This document shows positions 19,118 to 28,916 of a stretch of 64,000 nt of DNA, in pieces. Below the pieces are notes generated by a model. That model saw nothing but the letters and a program-made list of their open reading frames with translations, ran no database searches and was not told the origin of the DNA. Every line of letters begins with the position of its first letter. Positions within the stretch are counted from its first letter, which is position 1. A program made the position numbers and the translations under genes. Where the stretch lies: IMG/VR virus record IMGVR_UViG_3300027736_000021. One strand, given 5' to 3'. The stretch is from a virus.

Positions 19118-21583
19118 ATGAAATTTAGAGAATTTATACAAGAAGCACCAGAGAAGCACGCCGTCCTTGCCTTTGGCAGGATGAATCCGCCTACAACCGG
19201 CCACGCCAAGTTGGTGGATAAGGTCAAAGAGGTTGCTAAGTCTGTTGGTGGTTCACACCATGTTGTTCTCTCTCACTCACAGGATCCTAAAAAGAATCCT
19301 CTCTCCGCAAAAGATAAACTCAAACACGCAAAACGGTTCTTTCCTGACACCAATCTGTCAACTTCAAATAAAGAATCTCCTACTTTTCTTGACCAAGCGG
19401 CTAAACTCCACAAATCTGGTGTAACGCATTTACACATGGTGGCGGGTTCTGACCGCAAAGAAGAATACAAAAAGAAACTGGCACAATACAATGGATCAGC
19501 CAAAGGCGCACTATTCAATTTTAAAAAGATTACTGTTCATTCTTCTGGTGAAAGAGATCCTGATGCTGAAGGCACAGAGGGAATGTCAGCATCAAAAATG
19601 AGAAGTCATGCTTCAACAGGCAACTTCAAAGAATTTAAGAAAGGCATTCCATCTCATGTTGAACCAAGCCATGCAAAAGAATTGTATAGTGATGTTCGTA
19701 AACACATGGGCATTAAAGAATCTGTTGATGAAGCATTTGAAGAATTATTGAATGAAGGTGTGCATGACAAAGGCATTTTCAAAGCAGTATTTCTAGCAGG
19801 TGGTCCTGGTTCTGGTAAAGATTATGTTTTAGATAACACACTTGCTGGTAATGGCATGGTTGAGATTAACTCTGATAAAGCTTTAGAGTTCTTGATGGAT
19901 AAAAAAAATCTAAGCAAGACGATGCCTGCATCTGAGAAGATTGAAAGAGATTTGGTTCGTGGTCGAGCCAAGAACATGACCGAGTTACGCCAGCGTTTAG
20001 CACTACAAGGTCGTAATGGTTTGATTATCAATGGCACAGGTGATGACCATGAAAAGATTAAAACAATTAAATCTCGCCTTGAAGAATTAGGCTATGATAC
20101 ATCAATGATTATGGTCAACACACGAGATGAAGTATCCGCTTCACGAAATGTTGAAAGAGGTTCTCGTGGTGGTCGTACCGTACCTGAAGATGTTCGCAAA
20201 CAAAAATGGGACGCCGTTCAAAAAGCAAGACCAGAGTTAGCAAAACTATTTGGTGACAAGTATGCTGAGTTTGATAACTCTGAAGATTTAAGAGTTGCAC
20301 GACCAGAAATAGTGCAAGCAAAAAAAGAAGAACTTTTGAACCTATACAAAGGTATTCAGAAGTTTATAAAAGCACCACCAAAAACAGACCAGTCTAAAGA
20401 ATGGGTAGCAAATGAGTTGCAGAAAAAAGATACGATGCCAATTGATAAGAAAACTGATGCAATACCACATCCTAATTCTGCTGCTTCTACTGAAGCACGA
20501 AAACTTGGTTTAGAATACTACGGCTTTGGTCGCTATGGTAAAGATAGAAAAACATTGTATCGCTCGGTACATGATAAACTAGTTAAGGTTTCTGATGCAG
20601 AACCATCACAACCAAATATTCCAATTTCAGGTTCATCTATGAAATCACAGAAAAAAATTAATGAAGAATTTGAAGAATTATTTGAGGCTAAGAAACCAAC
20701 AGCACTTGATAAGTTTCGTCAAGCTGCAGCTGAAAGAGAAAAGAAACATGATGAAATTGAAGCTAAACGCAAAGAAGCCGCAGCACAAGGCAAAGAAAAT
20801 ATGTCTGGTGCAATTGACCGTTTAGAGAAACAAGTTAACAAAGAAGAAGTTGAAAAAGTAAATGAAATTTCAGTTGATTCAGCATCCAATTATATTAAAA
20901 AAAGAACATTTGGTTATGTAAAAACAATGAAAGGCCAAGTTCAACCTTCTGATGTATATAACAAAATGTCAGATAAACACCAAGCAGGTATCAATCGTGC
21001 TATGGATAGAGTTGTTAAACCAGTTAAAGAAGAAGTTAAGTTAGACCATAAAAATTTATTAAAAGACTATAACGGCAAAGTAAAAACATTTATGCTTCGC
21101 CGTTCAGCAGCAAAAGAAGCCCACATCAATGGTGGTGTAGTCCACAAGATGGGCAATGGATATGTTATTAAAATTAAGGAGAATGAAGATGCTAAAAGCA
21201 CTAATCAATTATTTGAAAATCAAACCAACAGTATCGCCATGCGAGGACAAACCAGTAGAAGCTCCAAAGGCGGAAGAGCCAGCGAAGAAAGAAACTGTCA
21301 AGAAGGCTACAACACGGGCAAAATCACCCTCAGTCAAATCCGCTCCAAGAAAGAAAAAGTAAGCGAATCAATTGATAGAGGAATTGAACCAGGACTTTCA
21401 ATGGCCCAATCTGGTGAAAACTTTAGTAGACCTGCAGGTGAGAAATTGACCAAGAAAGGTCGAGTTGTTACTGAGTTAACTGGTGATGAAACAACAGCCA
21501 GTATTGGTGACCAAAAAGAAGATGAACTTAAAAAGAAAGGCATTAGTTTATTGTCATTCAGAAAAAGAAATTACGCACTATGA
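19118..21583 (+). CDS. Cytidylyltransferase-like (HxGH) plus Zeta/AAA_33-like P-loop kinase multidomain protein, probably head-packaged
   Basis: FGRMNPPTTGH, VAGSDR, MSASKMR; LAGGPGSGK, INSD, LIINGTG, RNVER; leader MKFREFIQE. Confidence 0.8.
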   Translation: MKFREFIQEAPEKHAVLAFGRMNPPTTGHAKLVDKVKEVAKSVGGSHHVVLSHSQDPKKNPLSAKDKLKHAKRFFPDTNLSTSNKESPTFLDQAAKLHKSGVTHLHMVAGSDRKEEYKKKLAQYNGSAKGALFNFKKITVHSSGERDPDAEGTEGMSASKMRSHASTGNFKEFKKGIPSHVEPSHAKELYSDVRKHMGIKESVDEAFEELLNEGVHDKGIFKAVFLAGGPGSGKDYVLDNTLAGNGMVEINSDKALEFLMDKKNLSKTMPASEKIERDLVRGRAKNMTELRQRLALQGRNGLIINGTGDDHEKIKTIKSRLEELGYDTSMIMVNTRDEVSASRNVERGSRGGRTVPEDVRKQKWDAVQKARPELAKLFGDKYAEFDNSEDLRVARPEIVQAKKEELLNLYKGIQKFIKAPPKTDQSKEWVANELQKKDTMPIDKKTDAIPHPNSAASTEARKLGLEYYGFGRYGKDRKTLYRSVHDKLVKVSDAEPSQPNIPISGSSMKSQKKINEEFEELFEAKKPTALDKFRQAAAEREKKHDEIEAKRKEAAAQGKENMSGAIDRLEKQVNKEEVEKVNEISVDSASNYIKKRTFGYVKTMKGQVQPSDVYNKMSDKHQAGINRAMDRVVKPVKEEVKLDHKNLLKDYNGKVKTFMLRRSAAKEAHINGGVVHKMGNGYVIKIKENEDAKSTNQLFENQTNSIAMRGQTSRSSKGGRASEERNCQEGYNTGKITLSQIRSKKEKVSESIDRGIEPGLSMAQSGENFSRPAGEKLTKKGRVVTELTGDETTASIGDQKEDELKKKGISLLSFRKRNYAL

Positions 21584-21885
21584 AAAGACTAAAAGATTTT
21601 TTAAATGAAGCTGCGCCTGCATGGCAACGCAAAGAAGGTAAAAATTCTGAGGGCGGTTTAAACCGCAAAGGAATTGAATCTTATCGCCGGGAGAATCCTG
21701 GTTCAAAACTTTCAATGGCAGTTACAACAAAGCCATCAAAATTAAAACCTGGCTCAAAGGCAGCCAATCGCCGCAAATCATTCTGTGCTAGAATGGGTGG
21801 CATGAAGAAGCGTTTGACTTCTGCTAAAACTGCCAATGATCCAGATAGCAGAATCAATAAAGCTTTAAGAAAATGGAATTGTTAA
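21580..21885 (+). CDS. DUF6321-like small basic protein
   Basis: AWQRKEGKN.EGGLN, RRKSFCARM, SRINKALRKWNC. Confidence 0.75.
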   Translation: MKRLKDFLNEAAPAWQRKEGKNSEGGLNRKGIESYRRENPGSKLSMAVTTKPSKLKPGSKAANRRKSFCARMGGMKKRLTSAKTANDPDSRINKALRKWNC

Positions 21886-21898
21886 AAAAGGAACTAAG

Positions 21899-23422
21899 AT
21901 GACTACAACAAATGAAAAATTAAGAAATGTAGCTGAAATTGCTGCTCGTATTATGATGGGCGAAAAGGCCTTGCATCCAAATCAACAGAAATTGGATGTG
22001 CATGAGCCAGAGAAAGATAAGTTAACAGCAAAAGACTTTGAAATGCTTCGTGCAGGTAAAAAAGCACCAGAAGTTAAAAAAGAAGAAGTTGAACTTACAA
22101 GAGAAGAAGCAGAGATGCTTGCTTCGTTGTCACAAGAAGAATTTAATTCTTTAACCGAAGAAGAACAAGACCTCTTTATTGAGTATTTTCAACCATTGGA
22201 TGAAATTTCAACTGGTGCCGCAAAAAATTATTTGAAGAAAGCAGTTCCTTCTTCATCCAAATTAAATCAAAAATCAGCAAAACCGGGTGAAGATAAAGCA
22301 TCAGAAACCAATTATATGGATATGGATGCTCCATATGAAACAAAAGAATTTCAAAAGTTTTCAAAACGGCGCACAGGTATTAGAAAAGCAATTACTAAAC
22401 TTGCGTCTGCTCATCCCGATAACAAAAAATTAGCAACAACAGCAAGACAAGCGTTTAACAAAATACACAATGCAAATTATAGAATTGGAATGGATGGTGC
22501 AAAGAACACACCAAATGATGTAAAACACGTTAAACAACAACACTCTATCATACACAAAGCCGTAAACTCTATGAAAGAAGCAGCTGAACAGATTGAAGAA
22601 ATGGAAATTGTAAAAACTGCAACAGGAATGAGAGTTTATGGTTCTTCATATGGTGATTCAGCCAAAGCACGCCGAGACCAAGTCAAGCGTCCTGTTGATG
22701 ATGTTAAGGGACCAAAGATGAAAGAACTCTCCGACATTGAAGCAGAAAAGAAAAAGAAAAAGAAAATGTCTGAGATGGTTGCATTGTATCAAGAGCAAGG
22801 CCTCAAAGGTTTGTTTGCATCATTGGTAAAAGAAGAACCAGATAATGAGCAATTCACTAAAGAATTGGAAGCACAAAAAGCAAAAAATGCTGGTCAAGGT
22901 AAAAAAGCAGAAGTTGCTAAGGCAGAAGTTTTAGCTGTTCAAGAAGAAGAATTTGAAGTTGTAATGGATGAACCAAATGGTTACGCAGAAGCAACTATTG
23001 AAGAGCGCTCAATGACAGAACCAGAGATGAAGAAAAAAGAAGAAATTGTTAAGTCAATGAAGAAAGGTATTTCTGGTTTCAAAGACCGTTACGGTGACCG
23101 TGCAAAGAATGTAATGTATGCAACGGCTACTAAGAGAGCAATGGGTGAAGAAGTTGAGCAAATTGAAGAAGGAACTCCTGAAGGCTATCAACGCCGTGAT
23201 GGAAAACTTATTCCTAAAATTCATCCAACAATGACTCCGCATGAGCATGGATATGATTATACAATGCAAAGTATTGAAGATGCTCCTTCAAAAGCTAAAA
23301 TTCATAGTCAGCATAAAGAAATTGTAAAAGATAATCCTCATCCACAAGGAAGTAAAGAGCATAAAGATTGGGAAGCAGGAACAAATAAAGCTAAAGCTGA
23401 CCATCTAAAAGATTTTTCTTAG
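21899..23422 (+). CDS. Modular internal-head protein with many (L/I/V)xE cleavage sites
   Basis: Short basic modules separated by LDE, IEE, VKE acidic linkers. Confidence 0.55.
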   Translation: MTTTNEKLRNVAEIAARIMMGEKALHPNQQKLDVHEPEKDKLTAKDFEMLRAGKKAPEVKKEEVELTREEAEMLASLSQEEFNSLTEEEQDLFIEYFQPLDEISTGAAKNYLKKAVPSSSKLNQKSAKPGEDKASETNYMDMDAPYETKEFQKFSKRRTGIRKAITKLASAHPDNKKLATTARQAFNKIHNANYRIGMDGAKNTPNDVKHVKQQHSIIHKAVNSMKEAAEQIEEMEIVKTATGMRVYGSSYGDSAKARRDQVKRPVDDVKGPKMKELSDIEAEKKKKKKMSEMVALYQEQGLKGLFASLVKEEPDNEQFTKELEAQKAKNAGQGKKAEVAKAEVLAVQEEEFEVVMDEPNGYAEATIEERSMTEPEMKKKEEIVKSMKKGISGFKDRYGDRAKNVMYATATKRAMGEEVEQIEEGTPEGYQRRDGKLIPKIHPTMTPHEHGYDYTMQSIEDAPSKAKIHSQHKEIVKDNPHPQGSKEHKDWEAGTNKAKADHLKDFS

Positions 23423-23430
23423 GATCTAAA

Positions 23431-25059
23431 ATGAAAAAGTTTTCTGAATTTCTTACTTTACGAGAGAGATGCTGGACTGGTTTTAAATCAGTACCAGGTA
23501 AAAAGCCTTACTCACCTGGTTCTTGCGTGAAAGAATCTGCTGCGACAGCAATAGCAGCGGCCACAGCTATTTCAAAAAAGAAATCAGGAAATTATGATGA
23601 GAAAGGTTTTAGAAAAACTTCGTATAAGAATCCAGACCATCCAAATCGCAAATCTAATACTGAAAGAGAAGCTGAACTTAAAGAAGATTTGCGTAAATGG
23701 TTTAGTAAAACTGATCCTTCTGGTGATTGGAAAAGAATCAACAGTAAGGGTGAAGCAATTGGCCCATGTGCAAGAGAACCTGGTGAGCCTAAACCAAAAT
23801 GTATGTCTAAAGCAAAAAGAGCATCATTATCAAAGAAAGAACGAGCATCTGCTGTAGCAGCAAAAAGAAAACATGATCCAAATCCTGAAAGACAGGGCAA
23901 ACCTATTAATGTATCTAATTTTGGAAAAGGAAAGATAAGCGAAAATATGGAAAACTTAGACGAAAAAAATGTACCAACGAGTCCAGAGAAATGGGCTCAA
24001 GCAAAGGCACAAGCCAAAGCCAAGTTTGATGTTTATCCATCAGCTTATGCAAATGGTTGGGCTGCAAAGAAATACAAAGCCATGGGTGGTAGTTGGAAAT
24101 CAGTATCGGAAGAAACTGAAATTGATGAAGGTGCAGTACCAGCTAAAGAGAAAACTGTTACTGTTCGCCACAAAACTTCTGGCAAAGAATTAGTTGTTAC
24201 TGCTGAGAAAGCAAAACAGTTAAAACAACAAGATTATCACCCAATCAAAGAAGCTATTAAAGATAAATTTGATATTGGTGAGTATGACCAAGAAGGTGAT
24301 ATGGCCAAATCTGACTTGCGTTCTATTATTGCTAATGCAAAGAAAATGCATGACATGATTAAAGATGATGATAATCTTCCAGAGTGGGTTCAATCTAAGA
24401 TTACTAAAGCTGAAGATTACATTTCAACTGTTGCAAATTATATGGCCGCAGAAATGAGCGAAGAAGTTAAACAGATTGATGAACTGTCCAATAAAACTCT
24501 TTATTCTTATCTGCGAAAAACTGGAGGTGTAAAAAGTTCCACAGAAGTTCATCCAAGAAATACAAGCAATGTTCCTCACGATTTGCAATATCAAGCACAA
24601 GACAACGCAAAAAGTAGAATAAATGCAAGAAAAGGACATGGTTCTGTTGCTCCAAAAGGTTATGCAAAAGAAGAAGTGCAAATGGAAGATGCCGTTGGTT
24701 TAGCTAAACCAAAAACTGGTTTAACTGCAGCTGCAAAAACATTAGCACCTCAAACTCGTGTTGCAGAAGCATCTAAACCTCCTTTTGATAAGCCATACAC
24801 CACAATCAAAGGAACTGTAACAGATAAATCTGGTGCAAAACACACACCAATGAGTCGTGCTCGTGATATTGCTCGCATGGCTATGAAGAAGCAAATAGAG
24901 AAAATGAAGCAACCAGTAAAAGAATCTTTAGATGAATCTCGCAGAATGGAGATTGTTCGTGAAGCAATGAAGGTTGCAAAGAAGAAAAAAGAAACCATGG
25001 CAGCAGATGACAAGTATCAGCCTGATCCAATGTTATCAAGTCAAATAACCAAGACATAA
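23431..25059 (+). CDS. Modular internal-head polyprotein (includes DUF5872-like module)
   Basis: CWTG..C, EDLRKWF, KFDVYPSAYANGW, EGDMAK..LPEWVQSKI modules; leader MKKFSEFLTLRE. Confidence 0.6.
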   Translation: MKKFSEFLTLRERCWTGFKSVPGKKPYSPGSCVKESAATAIAAATAISKKKSGNYDEKGFRKTSYKNPDHPNRKSNTEREAELKEDLRKWFSKTDPSGDWKRINSKGEAIGPCAREPGEPKPKCMSKAKRASLSKKERASAVAAKRKHDPNPERQGKPINVSNFGKGKISENMENLDEKNVPTSPEKWAQAKAQAKAKFDVYPSAYANGWAAKKYKAMGGSWKSVSEETEIDEGAVPAKEKTVTVRHKTSGKELVVTAEKAKQLKQQDYHPIKEAIKDKFDIGEYDQEGDMAKSDLRSIIANAKKMHDMIKDDDNLPEWVQSKITKAEDYISTVANYMAAEMSEEVKQIDELSNKTLYSYLRKTGGVKSSTEVHPRNTSNVPHDLQYQAQDNAKSRINARKGHGSVAPKGYAKEEVQMEDAVGLAKPKTGLTAAAKTLAPQTRVAEASKPPFDKPYTTIKGTVTDKSGAKHTPMSRARDIARMAMKKQIEKMKQPVKESLDESRRMEIVREAMKVAKKKKETMAADDKYQPDPMLSSQITKT

Positions 25060-25062
25060 ATA
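25055..25062 (+). promoter_or_regulatory. T4-type late promoter variant
   Basis: CATAAATA about 30 nt before ATG 25094 with AGGAG SD. Confidence 0.6.
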
Positions 25063-25093
25063 GACAATAAACCGATTTTTTAGGAGAAACAAA

Positions 25094-25678
25094 ATGAGTT
25101 TATGGGGAAACCTAGATGCCGCTAACAATGCACCAGTATCAAGTGCAATGGCTGGCTACGGTGGTAATACACCACAAGTAACAGCAAACGCAGAAGTATA
25201 TTACGCTAATACAAAACTTGGCTCGTTTAGCGACAACCAAGCAATTGGTATTTTTGGCGTAACTGCTGCTGAACAAGCTAATTCATCAACAGTAGCATCA
25301 ACTGGTGTTCCAACACACGCTGGTTGGGTAACTCGCCGTGTTGGTATGGGACCTGTTGCTACAATTACTGCTAACGCTGGTTGCGTGGCTGTAAATAGCA
25401 CAATCACTATTGTTGCAAATAGTGGATTTGGTAACACAGGTTCAAACGGCCGTTCAACAATTATTCCAGTTGTTGCAACTATTTCTGTAAATACTGCTGG
25501 TTATATCAGCACAATTACAATTGTAAATCCAGGACTGTATGCTAACACACCAATTTTGCGTCCAAATACAGGTAATGCTGTGTTTACCGTATCAATGGGT
25601 GGCCGTGCAAACCGCATTTCAACTGAAACTTTAGTTGCTATGGGTTCAATGACTGGCGACAACGAAAACGTATTCTAA
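25094..25678 (+). CDS. Putative virion structural protein
   Basis: MSLWG start, THAGWV, ETLVAMG; Thr/Asn/Gly-rich; late promoter. Confidence 0.6.
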   Translation: MSLWGNLDAANNAPVSSAMAGYGGNTPQVTANAEVYYANTKLGSFSDNQAIGIFGVTAAEQANSSTVASTGVPTHAGWVTRRVGMGPVATITANAGCVAVNSTITIVANSGFGNTGSNGRSTIIPVVATISVNTAGYISTITIVNPGLYANTPILRPNTGNAVFTVSMGGRANRISTETLVAMGSMTGDNENVF

Positions 25679-25679
25679 C

Positions 25680-26051
25680 ATGAAGTTTAAAGAGTTTCTA
25701 ACAGAATTGGCGATGCCTGAAGTATCTTCAATGGCAAGAGATGTTGCTGTTGAAGAAGAAATCAATCGTCAATTGGAAATGGGACTCAAAGATGTAATAT
25801 TATCTCCACAAATCGGTTTGTATAAAGTGCGTAAGGTGTTGAACAGGTTTGGTTATGACCTGCCAACATCTTATGTACCTGACCAAGATGGTGATGAGGT
25901 AGTATTAGATATACATGGTAGTGATTCACTATTATATGTTTTATATTATCAAACCGATGATGGTAATTATGATTTTTATGCTCTTATTGACGATGACGAA
26001 GGCATAGAGGAAATACTATCAAAGGATGAAGAGCTAGAAAAAGAAGAATAA
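25680..26051 (+). CDS. Acidic hypothetical protein with capsid-targeting-like leader
   Basis: MKFKEFLTE leader. Confidence 0.55.
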   Translation: MKFKEFLTELAMPEVSSMARDVAVEEEINRQLEMGLKDVILSPQIGLYKVRKVLNRFGYDLPTSYVPDQDGDEVVLDIHGSDSLLYVLYYQTDDGNYDFYALIDDDEGIEEILSKDEELEKEE

Positions 26052-26443
26052 TGTCCTTTGATGATTTGAGTAGTGAAAATATAATGTTATATGCAACTAA
26101 GGCTTACGATAAGCCCAATTGTATTATGTCTGAATTTAAAGAGGACATGAAGCGCTTTAACTATTTGAAGCGTTTGTTTTACCGACACCGTAAAATTGGT
26201 GAGATAAAAGAAAGATTGGTTTTAAATCATTTAGTGGTTCTATATAATGTTTTTGGTGTTGAAGCTGCTACAAGATTATTATTCTATAAGATTGCAAAAG
26301 AAGATTACTCGGCATTAAAAACATATTTGGTTTTTCTGAGTTGTATGCCAGAAAGAGTTAAAGGTATTAAAGGACACGATATAGTATCTTCTGATATTCC
26401 AGTTGATATGAAAATTGCAGATATACTAAGAGAAATTAAATGA
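26051..26443 (+). CDS. Conserved T4-like hypothetical protein
   Basis: YDKPNC..EFKED.KRF.YLKRL, RLVLNH..LYNVFG motifs. Confidence 0.7.
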   Translation: MSFDDLSSENIMLYATKAYDKPNCIMSEFKEDMKRFNYLKRLFYRHRKIGEIKERLVLNHLVVLYNVFGVEAATRLLFYKIAKEDYSALKTYLVFLSCMPERVKGIKGHDIVSSDIPVDMKIADILREIK

Positions 26444-27177
26444 TAATTGGTTCAGGTATCACAATTGGTTCAGGTATTAAAATGCTTGAAGAAAATAATC
26501 CAACAATAAATTTAACTAGTTTAATTGTTTGGTTAGATTCTAGTAACACATCAAGTTATCCTGGTTCTGGAACAACTTGGACCGATTTAAGTGGTAATGC
26601 TAAAAACATGACTTTGGTGAATGGTCCAACATTTGAATCAGCAAATGCTAACTCAATTGTGTTTGATGGTACAAATGATTATGCAATAAGTGCCTCTAAT
26701 TTATATACTATGTCATCGTTTCCAACTATATCAACATTTATTTGGTGGTACCCACAGGCTGCAGGACAAATTGTTAGTGAATTGGGACAAGGAACAATTA
26801 ATAGTGGTTGGCATGACAGCCAGATTGAAATAAATTCTGGCGGCCAAATAAGTTTTTCTGTGTGGGATAATTATACTGTTAAGATTGTATCTTCCGCAAA
26901 AAGTTTTAACACTTGGTATAACTTAGGGTTTACATATGATGATTCAACTTCAACAACAACTGCGTATATTAATGGCGTAAGTATAGGATCAGCAGTTAAA
27001 TCAAGGTCAACCGGTTCTGCAATTTATTATACAATTGCCGCTATTGATGGTACAAATATGGGAACCAATGCATATGGTAAAGGTAAGTGTGGTGCGTTCT
27101 ATCATTACACTAGAGCATTGAGTGCAACTGAAGTTTTAAATAATTACAATTCAAATAAAGCAAGGTTTGGTCTATAA
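26440..27177 (+). CDS. LamG/Concanavalin-A-like lectin domain virion protein
   Basis: SYPGSGTTWTDLSGN, FDGTNDY, WYNLGFTYD, YTRALSATEV..NY. Confidence 0.85.
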   Translation: MIIGSGITIGSGIKMLEENNPTINLTSLIVWLDSSNTSSYPGSGTTWTDLSGNAKNMTLVNGPTFESANANSIVFDGTNDYAISASNLYTMSSFPTISTFIWWYPQAAGQIVSELGQGTINSGWHDSQIEINSGGQISFSVWDNYTVKIVSSAKSFNTWYNLGFTYDDSTSTTTAYINGVSIGSAVKSRSTGSAIYYTIAAIDGTNMGTNAYGKGKCGAFYHYTRALSATEVLNNYNSNKARFGL

Positions 27178-27668
27178 TGGCAAACGAATTTAAAAAAGAA
27201 TGTGGATTAGGAATGTATTGGTGTAACACCGATAACAAATGTAAACCTATACAAGAAGATGCAAGAATACCAAGAAAGCCTGGTCAGCCTGCAAATTCAG
27301 ATAAACATTCCGATTTATACACAGATGAGAATCCAAAAGGCACAATACAGGGTCTTAAATTTGCTACACCTGAAGATGCCAAAGCAAGTGTAAGTAAAAT
27401 TAAATCAAGTGGTCGTTCACACGCACATAAAATACAAGCAGCAATCGCTATGGAACAAAGAGCAAAAGTAATGGGTAAAGCAGGAGCTGCGGCCGTGTAT
27501 CGTAGTTTTATTAATTCAATGAAAGAAGATGCACCAGTCAATGCAGTTGGTGGTGGTCAAATTGCAGGTTTAGGTGTTGGCCCACAAGGTGAGCCAGGAG
27601 TTACAAAGAAAAAGAAACCAATGTTGTTTAGCTCTTTTTTGCGTAGGAAACTACCAGGAGTTAAATAA
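27177..27668 (+). CDS. Modular hypothetical protein (C-terminal gp61.1-like EDAPVNAVG module)
   Basis: HSDLYTDENP module; MKE|DAPVNAVGGG. Confidence 0.5.
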   Translation: MANEFKKECGLGMYWCNTDNKCKPIQEDARIPRKPGQPANSDKHSDLYTDENPKGTIQGLKFATPEDAKASVSKIKSSGRSHAHKIQAAIAMEQRAKVMGKAGAAAVYRSFINSMKEDAPVNAVGGGQIAGLGVGPQGEPGVTKKKKPMLFSSFLRRKLPGVK

Positions 27669-28174
27669 TGTGGCAGTTGTCTTGGATACTGAGTTTAATA
27701 CCAGAATGGATTCTGGTCACTCTTATTCACGGAACAGTTGTAGTAGGATTAGTTTTAACATTTTGTGGTGGTTTATTAAAGTTTATACCAGTTATAAATC
27801 CTTATACAGCCATTGCTAAACAAATTGGTATAGTGCTTCTTGTAATTGGTGTATTCTTTGAAGGCGGTCTGGCAGTTGAACAGTCTTACCGTGCAAGAAT
27901 TGCTGAAATGCAGGCCAAGATAAAAGAAGCAGAAATACAATCTGTTAAACTTAATGAAAAATTGACAGTTGAAGTTAGTAAGAATAAAGAATTGATTAAA
28001 GAGAAGGTGAATAGAAATGCTAAAGACATTGAAGCAAAGAGGGAAGCTATTAATGCTGAGTGCAAGCTGTCTGATGATGCTTGGGTGCTCTACAACCGTG
28101 CCGTTGAGCCAAAAGTTTCCAGAGGCCCCTCAAGTGCTAATGGAGCCCGCTCCGGTTCTAAAGCCTCTAAATGA
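27668..28174 (+). CDS. i-spanin (Rz-like)
   Basis: N-terminal TMs, periplasmic coiled coil, C-terminal Cys; overlaps lipoprotein gene. Confidence 0.7.
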   Translation: MWQLSWILSLIPEWILVTLIHGTVVVGLVLTFCGGLLKFIPVINPYTAIAKQIGIVLLVIGVFFEGGLAVEQSYRARIAEMQAKIKEAEIQSVKLNEKLTVEVSKNKELIKEKVNRNAKDIEAKREAINAECKLSDDAWVLYNRAVEPKVSRGPSSANGARSGSKASK

Positions 28175-28310
28175 AGATAAAAAAACATTAGCAGACCTAT
28201 TACAAAATGCTAATGATAATTATGGACTTTACTATGAGTTGCAAGATAGATACAATGCATGGCAGTTATGGTATAAACAACAGAAACAAATATTTGATAG
28301 TGTAAAATGA
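28017..28310 (+). CDS. o-spanin (Rz1-like lipoprotein)
   Basis: Lipobox MLGC, Pro-rich linker, overlapping Rz in another frame. Confidence 0.75.
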   Translation: MLKTLKQRGKLLMLSASCLMMLGCSTTVPLSQKFPEAPQVLMEPAPVLKPLNEDKKTLADLLQNANDNYGLYYELQDRYNAWQLWYKQQKQIFDSVK

Positions 28311-28711
28311 AAAGAATACTTATAGTTCTATTTGCGTTTAGTTTGTCTGGCTGTGCCTTATTTGATGCCTATTTTATGGCCAAGTATGACACCAATGAAT
28401 ACTTTATTGTTAATGATATCAAAACAAAGGCACAGGTAGCAAAAGAAAATTGTGGCAACCATATACTGGTTGTTACACAGGTAAACGAATTGTATATCAA
28501 AGCGTTGGAGTTTAAGAACTTTACAACTCACATACCACGAAACAAAGATACTGATAATATGTCAACCAAGTTATTGACATTGACAAAAGATACAAGAGAT
28601 TATTTTAATAAAGCAGAAAAGATATCACCAATCTTCTGTAAAGCAAAATTGCAACAGGTTGTTAAGTCGGCCGATACCATTCAACACGTTTTAGGGAGCA
28701 AACCAAGATGA
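28307..28711 (+). CDS. Lipoprotein
   Basis: Signal peptide with LSGC lipobox. Confidence 0.75.
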   Translation: MKRILIVLFAFSLSGCALFDAYFMAKYDTNEYFIVNDIKTKAQVAKENCGNHILVVTQVNELYIKALEFKNFTTHIPRNKDTDNMSTKLLTLTKDTRDYFNKAEKISPIFCKAKLQQVVKSADTIQHVLGSKPR

Positions 28712-28914
28712 CACCAGAACAATTAAATGCTTACATTATTGAATACAATAAAATGTTGGCAGACGGACTAGTTACAAAAGAAGAATATGTGGAGTTGTTG
28801 AAAGGTATTAATATTATGGAAGGTATTGCTGATGATGCAGAGGGACTTGCATTGAAAGAACAATTAAATTTAATTATCAATGCTGCTATTAGTGCAGCTT
28901 CTTTAATGGCGTAA
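28708..28914 (+). CDS. Small hypothetical protein
   Basis: ATGA-coupled ORF in lysis cassette. Confidence 0.55.
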   Translation: MTPEQLNAYIIEYNKMLADGLVTKEEYVELLKGINIMEGIADDAEGLALKEQLNLIINAAISAASLMA

Positions 28915-28916
28915 AA

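Noticed and set aside
19750-20400. Zeta toxin-antitoxin module
   Set aside because: The domain is internal to a packaged-type multidomain protein, with no epsilon-like partner
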